Source: a virus. From it: DNA of 64,000 nucleotides. The notes below the pieces were generated by a model. The model saw nothing but the letters and a program-made list of their open reading frames with translations, had not been told where the DNA came from and searched no databases. Within the stretch, counting starts at the first letter, position 1. Each line of letters begins with the position of its first letter. This document shows, in pieces, positions 1 through 9,264 of the stretch. The stretch lies in the IMG/VR virus record IMGVR_UViG_3300034272_001354, positions 1-64,000 of that record; one strand, written 5' to 3'. Both the position numbers and the translations under genes were made by a program.

Positions 1-2440
1 CCTGAAGAACCTGAAGTTCCACTAGAACCTGAAGTCCCTGAAGAACCACTTGTTCCATCAATACCACTAGAACCTGATGTCCCTGAAGAACCACTTGTTC
101 CTGATGTTCCACTTGAACCACTTGTTCCATCAATACCACTTGAACCTGATGTTCCCGAAGAACCTGAAGTTCCACTTGTGCCTGATGAACCTGAAGTACC
201 ACTAGAACCTGAAGTCCCTGAAGAACCACTTGTTCCTGAAGTCCCTGAAGAACCACTTGTACCATCTATACCGCTAGAACCTGATGTTCCACTAGAACCA
301 CTTGTCCCACTTGAACCTGATGTTCCTGATGAACCGCTAGTTCCATCAATACCACTTGAACCTGAAGTTCCCGAAGAACCTGAAGTTCCCGAAGAACCTG
401 ATGTACCATCGATACCTGAAGAACCTGAAGTCCCACTTGTTCCTGACGAACCACTCGTACCTGAAGAACCCGAAGTTCCATCTACACCGCTTGAACCAGA
501 AGTTCCTGATGAACCTGAAGTACCATCAATACCACTAGACCCTGAAGTCCCTGATGAACCACTTGTACCATCTATACCGCTAGAACCTGATGTCCCGCTA
601 GAACCTGATGTCCCACTAGAACCACTTGTACCTGAAGAACCTGAAGTTCCACTTGTTCCTGATGAACCTGAAGTTCCACTTGTTCCTGATGAACCTGATG
701 TTCCACTAGAACCTGATGTCCCACTTGTACCTGATGAACCGCTAGTTCCATCAATACCACTTGAACCAGAAGTCCCTGATGAACCACTTGTACCATCTAT
801 ACCGCTAGAACCTGATGTCCCGCTAGAACCTGATGTCCCACTAGAACCACTTGTACCTGAAGAACCTGATGTCCCTGAAGAACCGCTAGTTCCATCAATA
901 CCACTTGAACCTGAAGTTCCCGAAGAACCTGAAGTTCCCGAAGAACCTGATGTACCATCGATACCTGAAGAACCTGAAGTTCCACTTGTACCACTAGAAC
1001 CACTTGTACCTGATGAACCACTTGTTCCTGAAGTCCCTGAAGAACCACTTGTCCCATCTATACCGCTAGACCCTGATGTTCCCGAAGAACCGCTTGTTCC
1101 CGAAGAACCACTTGTTCCTGAAGAACCTGATGTTCCATCTATACCACTAGAACCGGATGTTCCTGAAGAACCTGAAGAACCGCTTGTACCGTCTATACCA
1201 CTAGAACCTGACGTTCCTGACGAACCACTTGAACCTGACGTTCCTGATGTTCCGCTTGAACCTGATGTTCCTGATGAACCACTTGTTCCGTCTATACCTG
1301 AAGAACCGCTAGTTCCTGAAGAACCTGATGTTCCATCTATACCTGAAGAACCTGAAGTCCCTGAAGAACCTGATGTTCCTGAAGAACCTGATGTTCCCGA
1401 AGAACCTGATGTTCCATCTATACCACTAGAACCGGATGTTCCTGAAGAACCTGATGTTCCATCTATACCTGAAGAACCTGAAGTCCCTGAAGAACCACTT
1501 GAACCTGACGTTCCTGATGTTCCACTTGAACCTGATGTTCCTGATGAACCACTTGTTCCGTCTATACCTGAAGAACCGCTAGTTCCTGAAGAACCTGATG
1601 TTCCGTCTATACCTGAAGAACCTGATGTTCCTGAAGAACCACTTGAACCTGATGTGCCTGACGTTCCAGAAGAACCACTAGTACCTGAAGTACCTGAAGA
1701 ACCTGAAGTCCCTGATGAACCGCTTGTTCCATCTATACCTGAAGAACCTGATGTTCCACTAGACCCTGAAGTCCCTGATGTTCCTGATGAACCGCTAGTT
1801 CCATCTACACCTGAAGAACCCGATGTTCCTGATGAGCCACTTGTTCCATCAACACCTGATGAACCTGATGTTCCTGATGAGCCACTTGTTCCACTAGACC
1901 CTGAAGTTCCTGATGTTCCTGATGAACCACTTGTTCCGTCTATACCGCTTGAACCTGATGTTCCTGATGAACCACTAGTTCCATCTATACCACTAGACCC
2001 TGAAGTCCCAGACGAACCACTTGTTCCTGAAGAACCCGAAGTTCCTGACGAACCACTTGTTCCGTCTATACCTGAAGAACCTGATGTTCCTGATGAACCA
2101 CTAGTCCCTGAAGAACCACTTGTTCCTGAAGAACCTGAAGAACCACTTGTTCCTGATGTTCCTGATGAACCACTTGTACCATCTATACCACTAGACCCTG
2201 AAGTTCCTGACGAACCACTTGTTCCTGACGAACCACTTGTCCCTGAAGAACCACTTGTTCCTGAAGAACCTGATGTACCATTTGTTCCACTTGAACCACT
2301 TGAACCTGAAGTACCGTTTATACCTGAAGAGCCACTTGTCCCTGAAGAACCACTTGTCCCTGAAGAACCACTTGTTCCTGACGAACCTGATGTACCACTT
2401 GAACCTGAAGTCCCTGAAGAACCACTTGTTCCGGCAGTTC
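1..2440 (-). repeat. Degenerate 9-nt tandem repeat encoding GTS/GSS/GID triplets
   Basis: Continuous cctgaagaa/cctgatgtt/ccacttgtt/ccatctata units on the + strand. Confidence 0.95.
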
Positions 2441-3431
2441 CTGAAGTTGAAGTATACGCTACAGCCGCGACACCTACATTTTTTATATCAACAATAATTG
2501 AAGGTGCCGCAGGTATTAATGGTGATGTTTGACCACTAATTGCCGTTAATTGAACACCTGTTTTAGTTGCTGAAAACGCAATTTCAATATAATCTCCTTG
2601 ATTTAATTGAAGTATTGTTTGTATATATGGTAATGCTTTAATATTAGGGCTCGCAAAACCTTCAACACTATTTGTCCTGTCAACATTATTACCATTTATT
2701 TTTAACCAAACATTAACATCTAAATCACCATTAAATAGAGTTTTTTCAACCATTGGTGAAAACCCAATTTCATATATACCATTATATTGGATTGTAATTT
2801 TTGACCCATTAACAATTGAAATACCATTTTCTATTTCAACAGTATCATAAGTTACGATATATTCGGTATTTGCAGAAGTAGCAAATTGAGTTTGAGAACT
2901 ACTATATGTTGCATAATAGTTAGCGACACCTATACCTGATGTCCCTGACGAACCACTTGTCCCTGATGAACCACTAGTTCCATCTATACCACTAGACCCT
3001 GAAGTTCCTGAAGAACCTGACGTTCCTGATGAACCACTTGTTCCGTCTATACCCGAAGAACCTGATGTTCCTGAAGTACCGGCTTGAGCAATTAAACCCC
3101 AATTGAAATTGGTGTCCGGAGCACCTCCACCTGATGGTATTGTTGTTGTTGCAAGATATGAACTACCATTATAATAGACAACATCTCCTTCAATATAATT
3201 AATTGAAGATGACCAAGTCCCTTTCCAAATAAAACTTTTTCCGTCAATACCGGAAGTTCCACTTGTACCTGATGAGCCAGAAGTTCCCGCACTAAATTGT
3301 GCAGTTAAGGCTGAATAATATATGTAATTTGTCTGTCCGGTAGGTACCAGGTCATAGTTTACTATAACTAAAAGAGATTCCGGAAATGCCGAAAACGCTT
3401 GAGGTAACTGTGAAATAGGTATATTTGCCAT
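1..3431 (-). CDS. Collagen-like (Gly-X-Y: GTS/GSS/GID) fibre protein, partial, runs off the window end; contains a CBM-like motif and a C1q/BclA-like domain
   Basis: ATG at 3431 reads MANIPISQLPQAF..., then WKGTWSSSINYIEGDVVYYNGSSY, a beta-rich domain (KITIQYNGIYEIGFS...VWLKING...LQLNQGDYIEI) and about 810 aa of Gly-every-third-residue repeats in frame to position 1; TATTTAT motif upstream. Confidence 0.85.
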   Translation of the reverse strand, partial: MANIPISQLPQAFSAFPESLLVIVNYDLVPTGQTNYIYYSALTAQFSAGTSGSSGTSGTSGIDGKSFIWKGTWSSSINYIEGDVVYYNGSSYLATTTIPSGGGAPDTNFNWGLIAQAGTSGTSGSSGIDGTSGSSGTSGSSGTSGSSGIDGTSGSSGTSGSSGTSGIGVANYYATYSSSQTQFATSANTEYIVTYDTVEIENGISIVNGSKITIQYNGIYEIGFSPMVEKTLFNGDLDVNVWLKINGNNVDRTNSVEGFASPNIKALPYIQTILQLNQGDYIEIAFSATKTGVQLTAISGQTSPLIPAAPSIIVDIKNVGVAAVAYTSTSGTAGTSGSSGTSGSSGTSGSSGTSGSSGTSGSSGTSGSSGINGTSGSSGSSGTNGTSGSSGTSGSSGTSGSSGTSGSSGTSGSSGIDGTSGSSGTSGTSGSSGSSGTSGSSGTSGSSGTSGSSGIDGTSGSSGTSGSSGTSGSSGTSGSSGIDGTSGSSGTSGSSGIDGTSGSSGTSGTSGSSGTSGSSGTSGSSGVDGTSGSSGTSGSSGVDGTSGSSGTSGTSGSSGTSGSSGIDGTSGSSGTSGSSGTSGTSGSSGTSGTSGSSGSSGTSGSSGIDGTSGSSGTSGSSGIDGTSGSSGTSGSSGTSGTSGSSGSSGTSGSSGIDGTSGSSGTSGSSGIDGTSGSSGTSGSSGTSGSSGTSGSSGIDGTSGSSGTSGSSGIDGTSGSSGTSGSSGTSGTSGSSGSSGTSGSSGIDGTSGSSGSSGTSGSSGIDGTSGSSGTSGSSGTSGSSGTSGSSGIDGTSGSSGTSGTSGSSGTSGSSGTSGTSGSSGIDGTSGSSGTSGSSGTSGSSGIDGTSGSSGTSGSSGTSGSSGTSGSSGTSGSSGIDGTSGSSGTSGSSGIDGTSGSSGTSGTSGSSGTSGSSGTSGTSGSSGTSGTSGSSGTSGSSGTSGSSGTSGSSGIDGTSGSSGTSGSSGIDGTSGSSGTSGSSGVDGTSGSSGTSGSSGTSGTSGSSGIDGTSGSSGTSGSSGTSGSSGIDGTSGSSGTSGSSGTSGSSGTSGSSGIDGTSGSSGTSGTSGSSGTSGSSGTSGSSGTSGTSGSSGTSGSSGIDGTSGSSGTSGTSGSSGTSGSSGIDGTSGSSGTSGSSGTSGSS

Positions 3432-3493
3432 CTATATGTCTAAAGTTATTTATCCTATAAATACTTGTGAAATCAGTATTTACTCAACAAACT

Positions 3494-3529
3494 AAAAAAA
3501 TAAATCCCCCAATTAATTTGGAGGATTTA
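3494..3529 (-). terminator. Intrinsic terminator
   Basis: TAAATCC..CCAA/TTGG..GGATTTA hairpin followed by a U-run on the minus strand. Confidence 0.55.
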
Positions 3530-3543
3530 ATATTTGTTAATTA

Positions 3544-4176
3544 TTATTTTTTATTTTGAAAATAATTTTCAATTCTACGGCTTAATCTTATTCTTGGGTC
3601 ATTTTCATTTCTACCTAAAACATTATATGGTACTAAAAACCCAAAACTTAAAAAAACTCTTCTTGAGTTAAACTCCTCTGTCCAATGTTTATATAGTGAC
3701 GCTTCAAAACAATACAAATCTTTTTGTTCTATAGTTGGGGATGATTTATCTATAAAAATTTTATAATCTTCAGATAAAACACTTATATTACATTTGTAAT
3801 TAATGTATCCATCAACAGATGCGTCGTAATGTGGTTGTATTCTACCACCCTTATTCATATCAACAGCTTGAAGAAATATATTATCAAGGGGTATATTATT
3901 TTCCTTTGAGATTCTTTCAAAGATGTTCATTATAATTTGTGGGACTTCTTGGTTTGAAACTTTAGAAACCGATTGAAAATTTGTAATGTAGTTTGTAAGT
4001 TTAGTCTTTGAAATATCTATAATACAAGATTTACCCTTCAGTGCTTTTGAAATTTCACTTAAGTGGTAATTGGGGTCGCCGTCTTCCGGATGTAACGAAT
4101 CAACCCAACTAACGAGTTGTAAAACCTCGTCATCGTTAATAAACCCTTTTACTATTTTATAATCTTCACTCCCCAT
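3544..4176 (-). CDS. 2OG-Fe(II) oxygenase-like protein
   Basis: GGRIQPHYD (HxD), distal H (YKHW) and RRVFLSFGF strand. Confidence 0.7.
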   Translation of the reverse strand: MGSEDYKIVKGFINDDEVLQLVSWVDSLHPEDGDPNYHLSEISKALKGKSCIIDISKTKLTNYITNFQSVSKVSNQEVPQIIMNIFERISKENNIPLDNIFLQAVDMNKGGRIQPHYDASVDGYINYKCNISVLSEDYKIFIDKSSPTIEQKDLYCFEASLYKHWTEEFNSRRVFLSFGFLVPYNVLGRNENDPRIRLSRRIENYFQNKK

Positions 4177-4400
4177 TTATTAAGAAATTCTTTTGGACCG
4201 ATTTCTAACTCCATTATAGATAAGTTTTTTTTATTGTAAATCAGCATCATTTTTTCTTCAGAACCGGCCATTGTACAAAACCAATGAGTTGCAGGTTCTT
4301 CTCCTGTTGGGGAACAAGGTATTTTCATTACATTTTTATTTACCCAAGCTTCTCTAACTTGTTCTACCTTATCGTTTTCTGTTAAAATATTTATTCTCAT
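4152..4400 (-). CDS. Hypothetical protein
   Basis: 82-aa ORF tightly packed with its neighbours. Confidence 0.7.
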   Translation of the reverse strand: MRINILTENDKVEQVREAWVNKNVMKIPCSPTGEEPATHWFCTMAGSEEKMMLIYNKKNLSIMELEIGPKEFLNKWGVKIIK

Positions 4401-4401
4401 A

Positions 4402-4644
4402 TTATTTATTTTTTAATAAATTAAGTAGTTCTTTTTTTTCTTCTCTTGATTTCGGTTTACTCTTGAACAAATTAAAAACTTCAGTAATTTCTTCAGAAGT
4501 ATATGTATTAAGTAATGTAGTTTTAGTATCCTCACACTCTCTGTGTGTCATTTCATAAGCCTCCTTTGAGTTATCAACCCAAATATCGTTTTCTAAAGAT
4601 TGTAGAAACTTATTATCACTTTTTCTTTTAATATATTTTATCAT
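4402..4644 (-). CDS. Hypothetical protein
   Basis: ATG at 4644 (MIKYIKRK) avoids overlap with the upstream gene. Confidence 0.65.
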   Translation of the reverse strand: MIKYIKRKSDNKFLQSLENDIWVDNSKEAYEMTHRECEDTKTTLLNTYTSEEITEVFNLFKSKPKSREEKKELLNLLKNK

Positions 4645-4663
4645 TTTTTTAATTTTTATAAAG

Positions 4664-5626
4664 TTAGTCGTTGAAGACCTCAAAAGTTAATGTGCTATTA
4701 GCACAGAATTGATTTACTAAATTGGTTGGCATTTCTAAATTCACAAATCCATCTCCAGCATCAGAATATGTCCCTAAATAACTCATATCTGGTTCAGAGT
4801 TTAAGTAAGTTATAAGTTCTGACATATCATTTACTGTACCATCTCCGTAAAGTGATTGAATGTAATTTCCATTACAAAACAAAGCAATACTAGTAAGAGT
4901 AATAGGAAACGATGATTCCACAGTTCCACTTAAAGTAATTGGTGTTGTATCAGTATCTTGTATAATTTGAATCTCAATAGGGAAATAATACAAACTATTA
5001 GAAACTGGTTCAGGAACACTAACATCAAAAACCGCAAGAAGAATACTATCGTCTTTTTCAATAACAGTATAGGGTAATACGAAAGTATCTATTGTGGTAG
5101 GACCAAAAAATGGTATTGCAACATTTCCACTTAAAACAAATGTTGTGTTTCTATTAAAAGTATTATACAATGGACCTGTGGTTGAATTAAACCCTACATA
5201 AACCCCTGTAAAATCCTCAATCCACTCAATATCGAATCCCAAGTTATTTTCTAATACTGTTACCGCTAAATTACCACTAGACACTAAAGTAGAACCGTTA
5301 TCCCAATTTGTTGGTGTTTCTCCTGTTGCAATGAATACACATCCCGTTGTGTCTATAACTCCACTTGTTACATTAGCGATATTACTAAAACTATCACCAC
5401 TAACATAAGTGGCTATGGTGTAAGTTTCACCTATAATAAAACCATCATTAAAACCACCAAAATCATTTAAGGTAGTACCAGTCTGAGAACCTATCTGAGT
5501 TAGTAGTGCTTTGTAAGTTGCTAAACTTCCTGTTGTAACTCCGGTAACACTTAAATTCCCATTAATTGTTATATTACCATTTATGGTTTGTCCCGATAAG
5601 TTATTTACTATGTATTTTGTTTCCAT
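4664..5626 (-). CDS. Putative virion/fibre-associated protein
   Basis: Gly/Thr/Asn-rich beta-type sequence, 2 nt from the upstream fibre gene. Confidence 0.6.
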   Translation of the reverse strand: METKYIVNNLSGQTINGNITINGNLSVTGVTTGSLATYKALLTQIGSQTGTTLNDFGGFNDGFIIGETYTIATYVSGDSFSNIANVTSGVIDTTGCVFIATGETPTNWDNGSTLVSSGNLAVTVLENNLGFDIEWIEDFTGVYVGFNSTTGPLYNTFNRNTTFVLSGNVAIPFFGPTTIDTFVLPYTVIEKDDSILLAVFDVSVPEPVSNSLYYFPIEIQIIQDTDTTPITLSGTVESSFPITLTSIALFCNGNYIQSLYGDGTVNDMSELITYLNSEPDMSYLGTYSDAGDGFVNLEMPTNLVNQFCANSTLTFEVFND

Positions 5627-5628
5627 TT

Positions 5629-8229
5629 TTATTCGTTAATATTTTTTATTGTTAAGACATCACTTGCGTCGTAGTAAGATAATCTATTTGTTAGATTCGA
5701 GTTTTTGAAAATATTACAAGTATATAACTCATAAACTGAAGGGTTTTGACTAATACTTGTAACCGTAATGATTACATCATCAGAATAAACGGATTCAACA
5801 ATTATGGTTATGTCTTCCGTACTACCAAACACATCTCCAGATATTGTTAATAGCTCTCCAACTAAATAACCTGTGCCTCCCTGATTTAACACTACGCTAC
5901 TAACTACTCCGCTAGTGACTGTAACATCAAAAGATGCGTTTTCGCCACTACCCGTACCTTGAGCAAATATATTAGGATATGAACCTGTAACCCCTGTTAT
6001 TCCAATCCCATTCCCTGAAAATGTAGTAATAATACCTGTGTCACCTCCAATAGATGTACCTAATATTGTTATTGTATCACCAATAACATATAGTTTACCT
6101 GAATTATTTACACTAACATTAATAACACTTCCACTAACCACATCAATTTGAAATAATGCGTTAACACCATTACCATTAGTTGTACCACCAACATTACCAT
6201 AACTAGAATCTGTAGCGGTGTTTCCTGTTGCAAAATAAGTAATACCACTTATGTTTCCATAATTTGTGGTGAAATCGATATTATCTACATAGGTATCAAC
6301 AATATTCCATTGGAAGTATTCCCCAATTGTGTTATTGTAAAAGTTATCAGGAATTGTATTGTTGTAAAAGTATTCACCAATAGTATTATCATTAAAATAA
6401 TTTCCAATTCTATTTCCCTGATTATATGAACCACCAAAACCAAATCCATCTTGTATTTCATTACTTCGAAAATCTGTACCCAGTGTATTGTATAAAAATG
6501 AACCATAACAAGTATTAAATGAAAAATAATCCCCAATATTGTTATGTGATGTATTACCACTAAAAGTATTTGGTGAACACCCAAACCCTATATTATTAAA
6601 TCCAAACTCCTCAAATATATCATTACCCTTAAAATCTGTTTTAATTTGGTTACTCCAAAAATTACCTTGAATGTCGTTACCCTTAAAATTATTCATAATT
6701 TGGTTGTTTTCAAAAGTAAGTAAGTTGTCAACTCCACCAATTGTGTTTAGATTGAAACCATTTAATATTGAATTTTTTCTAAACATAAAATATATTGTAT
6801 TAGTATTAAAATCATCTCCTATACTATTTGAGTAGAAAGAGTTTGGTATGATATTGTCATAAAAATTATCACCTATAAAATTGTCATTGAAGGACTGATT
6901 AATAATAAGATTGCTATAAAAGTCACCAACAATAGTATTGTTTCGGAATCCACTATCTATGAGGTTATTATTAAAGCTGTCCCCAATATTATTGTTAATG
7001 AAATCACCATTTATATTCGTTAAGAAATTATTTGTGAAATATGAACCTATTCGGTTAAAATCAAAATCTTGTCCATCAGCATTTCCTAACATATTATTTT
7101 GAAAATAGTTACCAATCTGATTTGAGTCCATATCACAATCAATAATATTATATTGAAAATATGAACCTATAATATTTCCGTCAAAATTATTTGTTATTAT
7201 ATTATATTGACAATACGGTCCGACTATATTTGAGTTCATAACATCATTGAAGGTATTACTCACCACATTTCCACCAAATGTGTTATTTTCATATGGTCCG
7301 CTTAAAAATACGTTATTTGATAATATGAAAATATTATAATCAATATTATTCCCCAAGTATGTGTTATAATTATTCCCATCATTAAATGTATAATACTCCG
7401 CAAATTCATCATTAGTTGTTCCTGTGATATTACATTGGAATGGATTCATATAATCAGGTAATCTTATCCCCGCAGAATAATAGACATTACTCACATTTGC
7501 TAATGTTCTACCTGTGACATACATTTCAACATTACTAACTATCGATGAAATTTCATAATATTGGAAACTAGCTATCCCATTAATACCCGGTGAGTAAACT
7601 CCAAAAATATCACCAACAGTAAAATCAGTTGTGAATGATGTTCCTGATTGTGCTGTAGTAACTTGTCCGGTTGTACCATCCAAATTAATTTTACCATTAT
7701 AGAATTGTTCTGAAAAATAACCAACATATCTTATAAATTGAACCGCTCTGAAATCATAGTCGGCTCTGTTATTAAATTGGTCAATTCTTTCAGTAATTCT
7801 ACCTTTAGCCGGTCCACCTGTTACTTCAGTTATATTCCAAGTTATATCATAAGATATTTTATCTTGTGGGTGTAATGTTGAATATACCGTAGGAGAGAAT
7901 CCTGTTGTTGATATTGCTAACAATAATATAGGTTCTGTTGACCCTGTCTTATAATTACCGGTAGCTATTGGGGTACCATTAACATCATAGTTTGGTTGGT
8001 CGTAACACGTTTGGAAGTCAGTCATTAAATAATAACTTCCTGCGGTTAGTGTTTCACCTGTGGCGAATGAATATAACTCATCGTAAGTTCCTTCGTTATA
8101 GTTTGAATTAGTGAATGCCGAATATGCTATATGGTATGTGTCACCGCTCAATTCTACGGGAAATAATGTATCGTTTGTTGGAAATTGTAAAAGAGATAAT
8201 TCTCCGATTGTTTTACCTGTTAATGCCAT
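5629..8229 (-). CDS. Tail fibre/spike-like protein with parallel beta-helix repeats
   Basis: Many 9-10-aa NxIGxxFxxN repeats; C-terminal GxGxxAxFxVxV...GxxYxxGD repeats; N-terminal KTIGEL. Confidence 0.7.
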   Translation of the reverse strand: MALTGKTIGELSLLQFPTNDTLFPVELSGDTYHIAYSAFTNSNYNEGTYDELYSFATGETLTAGSYYLMTDFQTCYDQPNYDVNGTPIATGNYKTGSTEPILLLAISTTGFSPTVYSTLHPQDKISYDITWNITEVTGGPAKGRITERIDQFNNRADYDFRAVQFIRYVGYFSEQFYNGKINLDGTTGQVTTAQSGTSFTTDFTVGDIFGVYSPGINGIASFQYYEISSIVSNVEMYVTGRTLANVSNVYYSAGIRLPDYMNPFQCNITGTTNDEFAEYYTFNDGNNYNTYLGNNIDYNIFILSNNVFLSGPYENNTFGGNVVSNTFNDVMNSNIVGPYCQYNIITNNFDGNIIGSYFQYNIIDCDMDSNQIGNYFQNNMLGNADGQDFDFNRIGSYFTNNFLTNINGDFINNNIGDSFNNNLIDSGFRNNTIVGDFYSNLIINQSFNDNFIGDNFYDNIIPNSFYSNSIGDDFNTNTIYFMFRKNSILNGFNLNTIGGVDNLLTFENNQIMNNFKGNDIQGNFWSNQIKTDFKGNDIFEEFGFNNIGFGCSPNTFSGNTSHNNIGDYFSFNTCYGSFLYNTLGTDFRSNEIQDGFGFGGSYNQGNRIGNYFNDNTIGEYFYNNTIPDNFYNNTIGEYFQWNIVDTYVDNIDFTTNYGNISGITYFATGNTATDSSYGNVGGTTNGNGVNALFQIDVVSGSVINVSVNNSGKLYVIGDTITILGTSIGGDTGIITTFSGNGIGITGVTGSYPNIFAQGTGSGENASFDVTVTSGVVSSVVLNQGGTGYLVGELLTISGDVFGSTEDITIIVESVYSDDVIITVTSISQNPSVYELYTCNIFKNSNLTNRLSYYDASDVLTIKNINE

Positions 8230-8267
8230 AATTTGTTTTTTATTTTATAAATATTTTTAATTTTATT

Positions 8268-9254
8268 TTAATACATTAAATAAAAATTATCACCAACAAT
8301 AATATATTCATCATTTTCAGTTATAATTGGATTAATTAAAATGTCAATTGGTGTTGAAGGTGTAGGAGTTGGTGTAGGAGTACTTGTCAATGTAGGTGTA
8401 GGGGTACTTGTAAATGTAGGTGTTGGCGTTGGCGTAGGAATAAAAGGAATAACAATAATTTCATATGTACTTCCAACCGGAGTTCCTGATAATTGACTAA
8501 AAAATGGCTCTCCTGTGTAGTTGTTATAATCTTCATCTATTGTAACAATAGTTTGTCCTGATAAACTTCCCAAATTAACCGTAACACCTGTAAATATTGT
8601 AATTGGAGAACCACTATAAACATTTAGAACATTTTCAAAAGTAACATTTATTTCTTCACTATATGGACGATTTAATACTAATGTATAATATGCAATTATA
8701 GACCCCGGTTCATATTCGACAAAAAGAGTTAAATTTAATGGTTCTAATGTTGGCGTTGGAGTTGATGTCTGCGTAGGGGTATTTGTTTGTGTTGGTGTTA
8801 AAGTTGGTGTTGATGTTGAAGTTGGTGTTACTAAACAAGGATTAAGTGTAACAGTAGGTGTTGGAGTAGACGTTAACGTTGGAGTTACGGTTGATGTGTT
8901 TGTTGGTGTTGGTGTTGGAGTTAATAAACAAGGGTTTACCGTTACTGTTGGTGTTGGAGTACTTGTTTGAGTTGGAGTTAATGTAGGTGTACTTGTCGGG
9001 GTTAATGTCGGAGTTGGTGTTGGGGTAGGTCTTGGAACATTTAATAAGTTTGGACATTGAACCCCATTTACTGTAACAACAATAGTATAAGTACCGTAAA
9101 CATCTCTAGGTGGAGATAATAAATAAGGTCTAAACAAAAACGGTAATGTTTGTTGTCCCAAATTAATTACTACATTATCAACGTCAGGGGTAAAGATTAT
9201 ATTAGCAATCTCCCCATCGTAATTTATACTATTAATTATTATTGACTGTGACAT
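8268..9254 (-). CDS. Pro/Thr-repeat virion protein
   Basis: Long TPTPT tracts separated by VNPCLL/LNPCLV. Confidence 0.65.
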   Translation of the reverse strand: MSQSIIINSINYDGEIANIIFTPDVDNVVINLGQQTLPFLFRPYLLSPPRDVYGTYTIVVTVNGVQCPNLLNVPRPTPTPTPTLTPTSTPTLTPTQTSTPTPTVTVNPCLLTPTPTPTNTSTVTPTLTSTPTPTVTLNPCLVTPTSTSTPTLTPTQTNTPTQTSTPTPTLEPLNLTLFVEYEPGSIIAYYTLVLNRPYSEEINVTFENVLNVYSGSPITIFTGVTVNLGSLSGQTIVTIDEDYNNYTGEPFFSQLSGTPVGSTYEIIVIPFIPTPTPTPTFTSTPTPTLTSTPTPTPTPSTPIDILINPIITENDEYIIVGDNFYLMY

Positions 9255-9264
9255 ATTAATTTAC

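Noticed and set aside
178-2532. 784-aa PEVP/PDEP-repeat ORF on the + strand, plus short Val/Gln-rich ORFs in 266-3292
   Set aside because: Shadows of the minus-strand Gly-X-Y gene, which has a proper ATG, upstream motif and globular domains in one frame
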